Shown in pieces: positions 10,387 through 20,592 of a stretch of 63,574 nucleotides of DNA (positions are counted from its first letter, which is position 1; each line of letters begins with the position of its first letter). Below the pieces are notes generated by a model. The model saw only the letters and a list, made by a program, of their open reading frames with translations, was not told the DNA's origin and made no database searches. Origin of the DNA: a virus. Taxonomy: Duplodnaviria > Caudoviricetes. The DNA lies in the IMG/VR virus record IMGVR_UViG_3300046777_002930, positions 1 through 63,574 of that record. One strand, written 5' to 3'. The translations under genes were made by a program, and so were the position numbers.

Positions 10387-12362
10387 AAATCTAATTTTTC
10401 TTGGCAAATACGTTTAACTATTTCGATTTTTGACATATTGGGATTATATTTTTTACAAAAAGAATAGCTAAAATGGATTAATTCAAAAACTTTTATATTT
10501 TCATTAAATTTATCTGCAATTCTTGTTTTATCTCTCGTCATTTTAACATTATATTGCTCTATAAATCTATCCGATGCCGGAGACAGGTTTGGCATGAAAT
10601 TGTATGTTAAAAATTGTTGATCATGGTAATGTGGTTTTACATTTCCGCTTAACGCTTCTGCTCGTTGCTGAGTTACCTTAATAAAAGCATAACACAAATC
10701 TTTAAATTGCTTTGGTGTACCACTAGCAAGACGAGGACAATCAGCGTCCATAAAATGAAGCTTATCGATGGGTAGTGCTTTTTTAAATTTATTATTAATT
10801 AAATCATAATCACTAACATAAAACAGCTCTTCCTCCTGAATTGAAAAAGCAAGCCATCTCAAATAAGAATCTAAACCAGCATTAGAAATTGGTTTTTCCA
10901 TTATCTTTAAATGAAGTTTTTCTAAATTTTTTATGAATTCTTGATAATAAGGATGAGCTTCGGCGTGAGATTTATTCAACACTACAGCTTCAAAACCTTG
11001 ACGCTCCCAGCTTTTTTTCCACAAATCGATTATTTTACATTGATCTTTATCATTTATATTTTCTTGGTAAGTATAAATTTTGATTTTTGTTTTGTCTAGA
11101 ATTGCCAACTCTTCATTATCTGATTCGTTTTTATCTATTTTAACTTTGTTCAAAAGTAATCTAGCAAGCGATCCATCATTACAACCGTGAACTACTGCGG
11201 TTTCAGGTCGAATTACGTTATCAAATCTATCTCCATTTGGGCGAAAGTTTTTATCTATTCCTTTCATTCCCAGATTTGTACACCTATAATCTTCTGTTCT
11301 AAAATTATGTTGTATCAATTTTGATTCTGCGCATAAAGGCACCAATTCGGCACTGCACCACATATCAAACGCGATATCCGTTTCGATCACAGACTTCCAC
11401 GAATCGCAAATTAAATCAATATTAGGCGGGTAAATCGCTGTGCCAGCTAAATGAGTTAAGATATTGTCAGCCCTCTGTATCACTCCCAAACAGGGCTTTC
11501 CAAGGTTTTTATATTCTTCTTCTAAAGAATCAATCCAGCCTTCTTGTATTGGAGTTACGTCAAGTTCCATCCAAAACCAAGGCAAGGGATTATTGATGCT
11601 TTTCAAATAGACAATCGTCTGATACCAATAAAAATTAGGCCCATGCGGCCACCCATGCGGACCTTCATCAGCAAAAATATGAATCGAAGATTCTTTAAAG
11701 CAACTGTTTAATCTTTCAAAGACGATATCAGCATATCCTTTATCAGACGGTCTTGATACTACTAATAAATTATGTTTTTTATATGGAGAAAACAAACTTA
11801 CAATATCGCAAAAATCTTCTATTAGTTTTGAATCATGTCTTGAAACTGGAATTACTATTAACATTCCATCTTTTATTGATTTCCAGTATCCTTCTGGGCA
11901 TGACTCGTTAGCCAATCTAATTTTAGCTAACGTTGGGCATCCGCATTTTTTACATTTTCCATTTCCTTTTAAAGCTTGAGAGTCCCAATACTTGCAACCT
12001 TGGCATATTTTTTTCCTAAAATCAATTTCTTTTTCGGTAGCTATTCGTTCTCCAAATTCTACCCATTCGTCAACAATCTTTTTATGCGAAATTAGTCTTT
12101 CTAACTCTATTTCTGGCGTTAATGTTTCTCCAGGTGAAGCTTTTTTGTATTTATTATAGCGAGTTAAAACCTCATTATACATCTGAATATCTTTAGCATT
12201 ATTCTTGCTAAGTCTATTCTTCCAGTAATTTAATAGAGAATTAGGTCTTGAATTAATTTTTTCAAAACCTTTTAATAGCCACTTGTGTCTTTTTTTATGA
12301 CGATCTTGCAGCGTAAGCGCATAAATTATTTTCTCTAATTCTTTTTCACTATATACAAACAT
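10383..12362 (-). CDS. multidomain protein: Cys-rich Zn module plus two glycosyltransferase-like domains
   Basis: RKKICQGC..CKKCGC..CPEGYW; WMELD; C-terminal SDYD domain. Confidence 0.65.
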   Translation of the reverse strand: MFVYSEKELEKIIYALTLQDRHKKRHKWLLKGFEKINSRPNSLLNYWKNRLSKNNAKDIQMYNEVLTRYNKYKKASPGETLTPEIELERLISHKKIVDEWVEFGERIATEKEIDFRKKICQGCKYWDSQALKGNGKCKKCGCPTLAKIRLANESCPEGYWKSIKDGMLIVIPVSRHDSKLIEDFCDIVSLFSPYKKHNLLVVSRPSDKGYADIVFERLNSCFKESSIHIFADEGPHGWPHGPNFYWYQTIVYLKSINNPLPWFWMELDVTPIQEGWIDSLEEEYKNLGKPCLGVIQRADNILTHLAGTAIYPPNIDLICDSWKSVIETDIAFDMWCSAELVPLCAESKLIQHNFRTEDYRCTNLGMKGIDKNFRPNGDRFDNVIRPETAVVHGCNDGSLARLLLNKVKIDKNESDNEELAILDKTKIKIYTYQENINDKDQCKIIDLWKKSWERQGFEAVVLNKSHAEAHPYYQEFIKNLEKLHLKIMEKPISNAGLDSYLRWLAFSIQEEELFYVSDYDLINNKFKKALPIDKLHFMDADCPRLASGTPKQFKDLCYAFIKVTQQRAEALSGNVKPHYHDQQFLTYNFMPNLSPASDRFIEQYNVKMTRDKTRIADKFNENIKVFELIHFSYSFCKKYNPNMSKIEIVKRICQEKLDL

Positions 12363-12398
12363 GTATTTATTTTATGTAATAAATACAATATTTCTATT

Positions 12399-13649
12399 TT
12401 ACCCGATAAAAACCATTTCTTTGTTTAAACCAACTGGGGCTGCTGCCTCTGGATAATCGCAGTACCAACAAGTACTTCCGTCGCTATTTAGCGTTCCTTC
12501 GCAACCTGCTGGACAGATCTGATCACAGGAATTTACGTCAGGATAGCATTGTACATCTGGAACACATCCCCAAACACTATATCCAAGATCTTGACAGGCA
12601 GAACCCGCTGGACAAGAAGCAACTTCATTTACGAACCCAGCTAAAAGACCCCCTCCAGCTGGCGCATTACATTTTACAACACAACAGTTGTTTGCGCACG
12701 CATATCCATCAGGACAGTCATTCAAATAATTCGAGACTGTACAAGGCGTACAAGATGATCCTGGCGGCGTAGGTGTGGTAGAAGGTGTAAAAGTAGGCGT
12801 AGGCGTAGGTGTAGGCGTAGGTGTAGCCGAAGGACTTGGCGTAGAAGTAAAGCATAAAGGTGCTGCCAATTGCCCGCCCTGAGTAGATACATTATATCCA
12901 CAATTACTAATTATATCTAGAGTCCACAGAGTTCCTAGAGTTGGAGCATCAATACAAGTTGATACAGGACTATCGCATACGTTAACATCATTAAAATTAA
13001 GAACTAATGGATTTCCGTTGGTTGATATAAAACCTGTATCTAATACTTGTTGTCCACCAATGCTAACAGTTAGAGCATCTGGAACTTGATATGTTTCAAC
13101 TATTATTACTATATTGCAAGAGCTGCAAGGTGGTGTAGTTTCTGTTGGATTTTCGGTTTCCGTTGGATTTTCGGTTCCAGTTGGATTTTCGGTTTCCGTT
13201 GGATTTTCGGTTTCCGTTGGATTTTCGGTTCCAGTTGGATTTTCAGTCTCGGTTTCGGTTTCGGTTTCGGTTTCGGTTTCCGTAGGAGTTGGCGTCGCAG
13301 TTGGCGTCGCAGTTGGCGTCGCAGTTGGCGTCGCAGTTGGCGTCGCAGTTGGCGTCGCAGTTGGCGTCGCAGTTGGCGTCGCAGTTGGCGTCGGAGTAAA
13401 TGTTGGCGTCGGAGTTGGCGTTTCGTTGCCACCACAATTACTTACGATAGTAACTTCTGTGGAATTAGAACAAGTTCCGGTGGGTGTAACAGTAATTCTT
13501 GTTGCTAAATCATCAACCGTAACATTTACTCCATTTAGAAGTTGTGTTCGTGTTATAGAAGATGGAGACACGGAACCTACATTTGCTGTTAATATAAAGT
13601 TTGGACCTAAGTCTCCACCAAGCTGTAGCGATTTAATTAAAACAACCAT
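12399..13649 (-). CDS. Pro/Thr-repeat, Cys-rich putative virion surface protein
   Basis: PTAT and TENPTE repeats; Cys-rich C-terminus; N-terminal domain shared with 41466 and 63157 ORFs. Confidence 0.7.
   Translation of the reverse strand: MVVLIKSLQLGGDLGPNFILTANVGSVSPSSITRTQLLNGVNVTVDDLATRITVTPTGTCSNSTEVTIVSNCGGNETPTPTPTFTPTPTATPTATPTATPTATPTATPTATPTATPTATPTPTETETETETETETENPTGTENPTETENPTETENPTGTENPTETENPTETTPPCSSCNIVIIVETYQVPDALTVSIGGQQVLDTGFISTNGNPLVLNFNDVNVCDSPVSTCIDAPTLGTLWTLDIISNCGYNVSTQGGQLAAPLCFTSTPSPSATPTPTPTPTPTFTPSTTPTPPGSSCTPCTVSNYLNDCPDGYACANNCCVVKCNAPAGGGLLAGFVNEVASCPAGSACQDLGYSVWGCVPDVQCYPDVNSCDQICPAGCEGTLNSDGSTCWYCDYPEAAAPVGLNKEMVFIG
13143..13421. repeat. coding tandem repeats (18-bp TENPTE, 6-bp TE and 12-bp PTAT units)
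   Basis: GTTGGCGTCGCA and GTTGGATTTTCGGTTTCC arrays. Confidence 0.95.
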
Positions 13650-14453
13650 ATTATTTAACTATATACACACTTACAAAGAAAAATAACCAGTCTTTTATAT
13701 ATTTCTATATATTTTTTCTTTTTCTTTTATATATATAAAGCCTCATTTCTATATATATTAAAGGATCTATTTGTATAAATAAAAAAAATCCAGCGCGGCT
13801 TTAAGTTTTTTAAAAATTTTTTACATTTTGACGCACCTTAATTGCACAATTCAAGCACCTTCTTTTTACCCTATATTCTAATGGCTTTTTAATTAATTTT
13901 TAATGACCTTTTGAATAGATAAAATATACCCCCCTGTACGTAGGGAAAACAACAAAAAATGAATAGATAATAAATAATAGGAAATAACATCTATAAACAA
14001 CACTAAAATAAAGAAGAAAATACTATAAGGGATAATAAGGAATAAAGGAAATAAAGGATATAGAATAATGTATTGGTGTGAATAATAAAAAATGATTAAT
14101 AATATTTCGATTTATATAATTTTAAATAAAGTCAAGCAAAAAATAATTTTATACAAAATAAATATTATCTAATCCTATCTATTTTCTTCTTTCTACTATA
14201 GTAAAAACGTGATAAAGTAATGTGGGCGGGCTGTCATAGCCCAATAAATACGAATAAAAATGAATTAAAATTAAAAACCTGGCGCGGAAAATGAACTTTT
14301 TCACTAGGGCCGATACGGCCTGAGCCCGCAAACTCTATAAAAACATAATAAAAATTAATTAAATTGAATTAAAATTGTATTTTTTAAATTAAAATTAATT
14401 AAATATACTTTCCACTTGATTTGCGAATCAAAAAGCGCCAAATAATATTATGG

Positions 14454-14528
14454 GCCGGCATAGCTCAGTGGTAGAGCAACGGTTTTGTAAACCGTCGGTC
14501 CTCGGTTCGAACCCGAGTGTCGGCTCCA
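14454..14528 (+). tRNA. tRNA-Thr(TGT)
   Basis: ACGGT-TTTGTAA-ACCGT anticodon arm; CCA end. Confidence 0.93.
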
Positions 14529-14594
14529 TCTCGTATTTGCGAAAGCAAAACTGCCAAATAATGTGTAATAAAAAATAATTAAATTAAAATTAAT

Positions 14595-14774
14595 ATGTCA
14601 TCTATTCTTCTTGTCTATATGTATAGGGTGTTGGCTTATTTTTTCTATTACATTGGGGACATAGCATCCAGGATTCCAACTGAATGGTCGTACTATATCT
14701 ACCAGATCGCAATGAGGGAGTCAATCAAGTATGATGACATGAGTGGGCAGAATATCTGGAAAGAAGTAGAATAA
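14595..14774 (+). CDS. hypothetical protein (59 aa, below ORF-track cutoff)
   Basis: ATG..TAA, MSSILLVYMYRVLAYFFYYIGDIASR. Confidence 0.5.
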   Translation: MSSILLVYMYRVLAYFFYYIGDIASRIPTEWSYYIYQIAMRESIKYDDMSGQNIWKEVE

Positions 14775-14877
14775 AAAATCAAAAAATACCTTGCAATATA
14801 ATAAAAGATTTTGCATAATCTTATCTGAAGTCAGATAAACAAAAACAATAATAACCAACAATAACCAATATACCAAA

Positions 14878-15561
14878 ATGAAATACCATAATAAAATTGC
14901 AAAAAATATTGTAGTTACAGCGATTGCAGCAGTATCGCTTTTCGGATCTAGCCTGAGCGCTCAGTTTGCAGGCAGCGTAATGCCGACTGTAATCGTGCCG
15001 GGCGGAGCGTCGCAAGTCAAGCCTCCGATCCTGTTGCCCAACCCGAACGATCGGGTAATTATTAATATTAATCATCAGAGGCAAGAATCAATGCTGTGCT
15101 TGCCTACCTGCGCATCAATGATGCTGAATAAATTCGGATGGAATTATCCGCCGCGTCAAATCAAATTGGCAACAATGAAGTTGCCATACTATGGTCCAAA
15201 TACTCCATTTAAATACTGGACAAGTACCTCGTCTCAAGATATCATGTCTGCACTAAATTATCTTGGAATTAAATCTTGGCGAAGCTCTCATTATCTTAAC
15301 AATGATTCAGATTTCAATCGCGGCTTTGACCATATCAAAGCCTCCCTGAAAATGGGTTATCCAGTAATGGTTATTATTAGACCATCCGGAGGTTATTTGC
15401 ATGCCGTAGTAGTTAATGGTTTTGATGAATCTAAAAAAATTATTCACATAACAGATCCAGGCACCACTTTTAACAAAGGAGCAGCAACATATTCATATAG
15501 TCTTTTTAAAGCCATCTGGAGAAATACCTCTAACAATAGAACAGCAATCTTCATGTACTAA
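14878..15561 (+). CDS. secreted C39-like (papain-fold) peptidase
   Basis: signal peptide; Q..CLPTCASM, HAVVVNGFD, ITDPG. Confidence 0.8.
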   Translation: MKYHNKIAKNIVVTAIAAVSLFGSSLSAQFAGSVMPTVIVPGGASQVKPPILLPNPNDRVIININHQRQESMLCLPTCASMMLNKFGWNYPPRQIKLATMKLPYYGPNTPFKYWTSTSSQDIMSALNYLGIKSWRSSHYLNNDSDFNRGFDHIKASLKMGYPVMVIIRPSGGYLHAVVVNGFDESKKIIHITDPGTTFNKGAATYSYSLFKAIWRNTSNNRTAIFMY

Positions 15562-15607
15562 AGAATACATTATTGACAATAATAAAAAAATAACCTAATA
15601 TAATAAT

Positions 15608-15877
15608 ATGAAAAAGATTATCACTACTACAATTCTTACTACTGTATTGTTTTATTGTGGGTCTGCTTTCTCTAGGGATTATAGTTATACTACTACCAAA
15701 CTAGGTAATGGGTATAATAAAGGAGACGCGCTTGCTACAGCTCTTCTTCAAATGCCATATGGTGCACAGGTAAAAAAGGTTGACTTTAATGGATACTCAG
15801 TGCGCCAATGTGTCCCTGGCGCAGGGTATGTACAAGTATACGGAAGTTACAAGTGTAAGGTAACTTATACTAAATAA
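15608..15877 (+). CDS. small secreted hypothetical protein
   Basis: signal-peptide-like N-terminus; TTGACA promoter upstream. Confidence 0.65.
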   Translation: MKKIITTTILTTVLFYCGSAFSRDYSYTTTKLGNGYNKGDALATALLQMPYGAQVKKVDFNGYSVRQCVPGAGYVQVYGSYKCKVTYTK

Positions 15878-15882
15878 TTTTG

Positions 15883-15999
15883 ATGATCAGCGCCTTTATC
15901 TGCGGCGGTGGCGAGTTTGGTTGGTACAGCAGTGTGGTAGCTGTTGTATATGGTTACTCGCTACGTGGGGCGGGGTGGTAGCCGACCCCACCTGATCAT
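15883..15999 (+). ncRNA. putative structured RNA
   Basis: GC-rich island closed by ATGATCAG/CTGATCAT with two internal hairpins. Confidence 0.5.
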
Positions 16000-16011
16000 T
16001 CTTTTCTCTTT

Positions 16012-16254
16012 ATGAACAACAATGGCTCAGAAACCTCTAACTGGACAAACATTCATCCAGAGCTTACAAATAAAGAAGACAAATACAATCTTAAAAAAGA
16101 GTTAACTGAATTCTATAATAGCTTTAAAGATAGAGAAGGTATTTGTGATTTTGTAGATGATAAGAGTCCAGAAGAAGTAAAGTATTATTGGGATATAGTA
16201 GAACTCTGTAGGGATATTAAAAAGAGGATGGAGTCTATTTATGAAAAGCCTTAA
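16012..16254 (+). CDS. hypothetical protein
   Basis: ORF track. Confidence 0.55.
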   Translation: MNNNGSETSNWTNIHPELTNKEDKYNLKKELTEFYNSFKDREGICDFVDDKSPEEVKYYWDIVELCRDIKKRMESIYEKP

Positions 16255-16378
16255 TTTGTGAACGATTGAGTTCCAAATAATGCGAATTTAGGCCCTCGAT
16301 TTTTGCAAATAAGCGTATTTGCGAATGAACTGGCCCCAAATAATATGCGTATTTGCGAACGCGAAGTCGCCAAATAAT
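16254..16378 (+). promoter_or_regulatory. tandem 28-bp boxes ATTTGCGAA-N10-CCAAATAAT (also at 14419 and 14535)
   Basis: copies at 16254, 16286 (degenerate), 16317, 16351. Confidence 0.65.
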
Positions 16379-16646
16379 ATACGTATAAAAGAATACTATA
16401 CCGATGTTATCCGCCTCTCGTCCCCATGCCATGCCGATACTATGCGTATACCCTGCCTAGACTATACGTATATTATACATCACTCACTTACACAAATTCA
16501 ATTAGTTTAATTGCGGTGCGCGTCACAAGCACAACCCCCTGATCCCCACCCCAATAGAATAAGAATAAGAGTAGGTAGAAAAAGAAATGGTATGGTGTAA
16601 ATTAAATGAATTAAAAAAAATGATGTAATGCATTGATGTATTAAAT

Positions 16647-16715
16647 TTAAGTTGTTGATTTTCAATGACTTAGGGGGCCCTCCGGCCCGCAAGCGCCTGG
16701 AACGCAATGACTTAC
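16647..16715 (+). repeat. 69-bp dispersed element, copy 1
   Basis: 27-bp palindrome + GGGGCCCTCCGGCCC + 27-bp palindrome. Confidence 0.92.
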
Positions 16716-16805
16716 ATCACGAAACATTTTGAATAAAATTCCTTGACGCGAAGATAAAAAACCACGATATTAAAGACTCAACCAACCAACCAAACAACCA
16801 CTAAA

Positions 16806-18935
16806 ATGATTATTGCAGATAAAACCAACAAAGTTCACTTCGACGGAAATTTCGAGACTATCTCGGTAGGCATTGACGAAAAGAATATCGCGCATTTCTT
16901 TCGCATGATTGCCAATCTTTATCAAGACCCCACGATGGCAGTTCTTCGTGAGGTCGGCGCGAATTGCGTTGATTCATTGATTGAAGCAGGAACGCAGAAG
17001 GTCGGATGGGAATTGCATCTTCCCTCGCGTATGGATGCAAATGTTCGCTTCGTGGATCACGGAGTCGGCATCTCTCACGATCAAATGATTCGGATTTATT
17101 CAATCATTGGCGCGTCCAGCAAGCGCGGCAACAACGATCTTATCGGAGGGTTCGGAGTCGGCAAGTGGTCGCTTTGCTCTCTGGTCAATAACTTTCAAGC
17201 TATCTCTCGCTTCAACGGAACCAAGTCGCAATACTTTATTTCGTTGCAATCAAATGGCTTGCCGGACATTCGACTAATCAAGAGTGAGCAAACATCTGAA
17301 CGCAATGGTTTCGAGGTAAAGTTCCTTTGCCCTGATCGTTATGTAAATGAGTTCAATAATAAAGTCGCTAGGGCTTATCGCTTCTTTTCTATCAAGCCAA
17401 ATGTTTTTCTTGATGGTGTAAAGAAGGATATTGTTTTTAATTCTGATAGCGTTCTATTTGACGGAGGCACAGAGGGTTTCTCCATTTTCAATGGGCATGG
17501 TTCTCCCATCGTTGTCATGGGTGGAGTAGGGTATCGCCTTCCTTCTGAAACTCTTTTGGAGAATAAGAAGTTCACCAAGTTCAAGTCTTTGCTTGACTGC
17601 AACATGGCTATTCATGTTCCGATTGGTGAATTTAGTATCACTCCTTCCCGCGAAGCTATTCAGTTAGATGACCTTACATTGAATCGCTTATTCAATAAGC
17701 TGGAACAAATTGTCAACTCCTTTGTTCCCAAGATGCAAGCCGACATGGATAATTTCAAAGGCAATACTTGGCAAGCTAAACTCAAGCTCAAAGAATTGCG
17801 CGAGACATTTAGTTTTCTGCCGGATACTCTCAAGCTCAACTGGCAGGGTAAATCACTTACTGCTTCCGCTTTAAGCGTTAAAGATGCAAAAGTTTCCCTG
17901 TATTCGACACAATCTTGGAATAAGAAAATCTCTGTTGATGAGAAGGTAAAGAATATCGAAGTCAACAAAAGAGCATTTCTGTTCTTGAATGATTTGAAGA
18001 TCGGCGGCATTGGTCGCGCAAAACAATTCCTTCTTGAGCAGAAAAAGAAGGACAACTACTCTGGATATGCTTTTTATATCTTCAATGAAGCTGAAAAGGC
18101 TACATTTATTAAAGAAACTGAATGGGTTGGAGATTTTGTTCTGACAAGTTCTCTGCCTAAAGTTCCTACAAAGGGTAAAACCTCGACTGCTTCTGGTTCT
18201 GTTGTATATGGTTCTTTCCGTATGCGTTCTGGTCGCTCTTGGGGAGTTCACGATTCGGTTTGTCACTATGACAGCAACGAGGCTAAAACTGCTGACGAGT
18301 TTATTCTATTCCCAACTCTTTCCAACAAAGTATATGGTGAAGCTATTGCAACAAATGTTGATCCTATTATCAAATTGCTTTCTGCTGAATACAAAAAGAA
18401 TCTGTTCGCTTTGTTCCTTCCAAAGTCGGAATATGACGCGAATAATGCTTCAACCTTCGATGGCAAGCCAATGGTTAAGTTTTGCAATCTGGTTAAGACC
18501 AATGATTTCAAAAAGATTATCAGCAAAGGCACGAACGCTATCTCTTGGAATGTATTCAAAAATAAATTCCGCGAAGTGAGCAACTGGAATTTCCGTGGAA
18601 TGCCAGATCAAATGATGGAACTTGCGAAAGTGCTTAACAAGTCGCACATTATCTCTGTGGCTTGCCAAAATCTCAAGTCGATTATTCAAGATGATTCAAA
18701 GTGCTTCGATAATAAAACACTTTCGATCCTTCGACTTGCTGGAAGTGCTGACCTCTCTGATGGAGATAAAGTTATTACAAAAGAAATAGAATCTTTTGCT
18801 AATGCCGTGAAAGAAGTTATTGCAAAATATCCATTGATTTTACCCGTTTCTGATGAATACAATTTCAAACAACACGCAACGCCTCTGGCAGAATACATTG
18901 GCTTTATCGACTCGAAAGATGCCAATAAAAAATAA
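16806..18935 (+). CDS. rIIA: RIIA-like protein (N-terminal GHKL ATPase)
   Basis: LREVGANCVDS, DHGVGIS, SSKR, GGFGVGK, ITPSREAI; followed by an rIIB-like gene. Confidence 0.85.
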   Translation: MIIADKTNKVHFDGNFETISVGIDEKNIAHFFRMIANLYQDPTMAVLREVGANCVDSLIEAGTQKVGWELHLPSRMDANVRFVDHGVGISHDQMIRIYSIIGASSKRGNNDLIGGFGVGKWSLCSLVNNFQAISRFNGTKSQYFISLQSNGLPDIRLIKSEQTSERNGFEVKFLCPDRYVNEFNNKVARAYRFFSIKPNVFLDGVKKDIVFNSDSVLFDGGTEGFSIFNGHGSPIVVMGGVGYRLPSETLLENKKFTKFKSLLDCNMAIHVPIGEFSITPSREAIQLDDLTLNRLFNKLEQIVNSFVPKMQADMDNFKGNTWQAKLKLKELRETFSFLPDTLKLNWQGKSLTASALSVKDAKVSLYSTQSWNKKISVDEKVKNIEVNKRAFLFLNDLKIGGIGRAKQFLLEQKKKDNYSGYAFYIFNEAEKATFIKETEWVGDFVLTSSLPKVPTKGKTSTASGSVVYGSFRMRSGRSWGVHDSVCHYDSNEAKTADEFILFPTLSNKVYGEAIATNVDPIIKLLSAEYKKNLFALFLPKSEYDANNASTFDGKPMVKFCNLVKTNDFKKIISKGTNAISWNVFKNKFREVSNWNFRGMPDQMMELAKVLNKSHIISVACQNLKSIIQDDSKCFDNKTLSILRLAGSADLSDGDKVITKEIESFANAVKEVIAKYPLILPVSDEYNFKQHATPLAEYIGFIDSKDANKK

Positions 18936-18956
18936 ATAAAATTGTGGTGGTTGAAC

Positions 18957-18986
18957 GAGGGGCGCGGAGTGGTTGCCGCGCCTCTC
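18957..18986 (+). terminator. GC-rich hairpin after rIIA
   Basis: GAGGGGCGCGG-AGTGGTTG-CCGCGCCTCTC. Confidence 0.6.
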
Positions 18987-19011
18987 ACCTTTTCCGTGTA
19001 TATTTCTGTAT

Positions 19012-19080
19012 ATAAAGCATTGAAACTCAACGACTTACGGGGCCCTCCGGCCCGCAAGTCACTGGGTATCAGCAACTTAC
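19012..19080 (+). repeat. 69-bp dispersed element, copy 2
   Basis: same architecture as copy 1. Confidence 0.92.
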
Positions 19081-19144
19081 AATTGAAAAAAACTTGAAAA
19101 AAAATTTGACACCGCTATAAAAAAAGTCCATAGTGGTATCTGTT

Positions 19145-20032
19145 ATGAATCCAACTAACAACCAAACCAACCAATACGCTAACCAAACTCTCATCGGACG
19201 CTTCGTGTCCAAAGAGCAAATCACGCTTATCTTCTCCGAGGATACTGCGGTAATCGACAACTCCAATCCCAAGTTCGCCGAAATCCTCCAACTCTGCAAA
19301 GACGGCAAGTATGCAGAAGCGGCGGCACTCGCAACGATCAAGGATCAAATCAATCAAACCTTCGACGGAGATATTCGCGTTGTAGGTGGCGAGGTTATTT
19401 ATGACGGCAAGCCTCTCCACAATGTTATGTGCGAACGCATCCTCGATATTATGCGCGAGGGTCTTGACGCAACTGGACTCGTAAAGTTCCTTGAGAACCT
19501 TATGCAAAACCCTTCCTATACTGCTGTTCAAGAACTCTATTTGTTTCTTGAGGCAAATCAAATTCCAATCACAGAGGATGGTCACTTCCTCGCATGGAAA
19601 AAGATTCGCAACAACTGGAAGGATATTCATTCCAACTCTGTCGATTATTCTGTTGGAGCTACACCTTCCATGAAGCGGAATCAAGTCGATCCAGATAGGG
19701 AAAAGACTTGCTCTTATGGATTGCATTGCGCGGGATGGGATTATCTTCCTCACTTTGGTTCCAATGGTGATTCTGACCGAATCGTTATTGTCAAGGTGAA
19801 TCCTGCTGATGTCATTGCGGTTCCAAATGATTACGGCAATGCAAAGATGCGTGTCTGCAAAATGGAGGTCTTGCGCGAATATACTGACCGCAAGGTAGAA
19901 GCAGAGGAATTTTCTCACTCTGTTGTTTCCTCTAATGGCGAGGCACTTTACACGGAAGATGATCTGGATGAGGCATACAAGAATGGGTATGACGATGCCT
20001 ACGATGAACTTCGGTGGGACGAAGAAGAATAA
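19145..20032 (+). CDS. rIIB: RIIB-like protein
   Basis: FLENLMQNPS, LYLFLE, ITEDGHFLAWK, CSYGLH, VKVNPADVIAVP..KMRVC. Confidence 0.88.
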   Translation: MNPTNNQTNQYANQTLIGRFVSKEQITLIFSEDTAVIDNSNPKFAEILQLCKDGKYAEAAALATIKDQINQTFDGDIRVVGGEVIYDGKPLHNVMCERILDIMREGLDATGLVKFLENLMQNPSYTAVQELYLFLEANQIPITEDGHFLAWKKIRNNWKDIHSNSVDYSVGATPSMKRNQVDPDREKTCSYGLHCAGWDYLPHFGSNGDSDRIVIVKVNPADVIAVPNDYGNAKMRVCKMEVLREYTDRKVEAEEFSHSVVSSNGEALYTEDDLDEAYKNGYDDAYDELRWDEEE

Positions 20033-20057
20033 TAAATCTTCATAGCAAAACAAGAGA

Positions 20058-20087
20058 GAGGGAGGCGAAAGCCTCCTTCTTTTTTTT
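20058..20087 (+). terminator. intrinsic terminator
   Basis: GGAGGC-GAAA-GCCTCC followed by a T run. Confidence 0.85.
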
Positions 20088-20122
20088 GTATTTTTATTTG
20101 GTATCGCAAAACGCGATACCTT

Positions 20123-20191
20123 GTAAGTTACTCATCATCAACGACTTACGGGGCCCCCGGGCCCGCAAGTGCCTGGTACTCAACGATTTAT
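20123..20191 (+). repeat. 69-bp dispersed element, copy 3
   Basis: same architecture. Confidence 0.92.
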
Positions 20192-20245
20192 AAAAACAAT
20201 TTTTTATACTTGCTTCGGAATTAAAATTCAATTATATTCGGACAT

Positions 20246-20581
20246 ATGAATAAAAAGCAAAGAGGCAGGAAGAAAGGGTCGGTCAGCTTCATGCAAGTTG
20301 AACTGGCAGAACTGAATAGAGTATTGAAACCAGATGCGAAGGTAATTCTGTCAATCAGATATGCCCAGCTTGTGGGCTTGAACGGAAAGCCAGTTAGTTC
20401 GAATCTCGATGTCTTGGGGCATTGCGTAGCAAGCGGCAAGGCAGAAATGGAACTAGTTGACTTTGGCGACGAAGAAGATATCCCTTCTCCGGCTGCTAAT
20501 AAAAAGAAAGAAGAGCCGAAAGACGACGATCACATTTCAACACAAGCAGAACTTGAGACCTTTGACGAAAACCCTTTTTAA
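20246..20581 (+). CDS. hypothetical protein
   Basis: RGRKKGS basic N-terminus, acidic tail; promoter directly upstream. Confidence 0.7.
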   Translation: MNKKQRGRKKGSVSFMQVELAELNRVLKPDAKVILSIRYAQLVGLNGKPVSSNLDVLGHCVASGKAEMELVDFGDEEDIPSPAANKKKEEPKDDDHISTQAELETFDENPF

Positions 20582-20592
20582 ATTAAAAAAAA

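Noticed and set aside
13086-13686. ORFs with RRSW, RRQL, DANC or VAVG repeats
   Set aside because: Alternative-frame shadows of the PT tandem repeat.
19115-20053. 312-aa minus-strand ORF
   Set aside because: Antisense shadow of rIIB.
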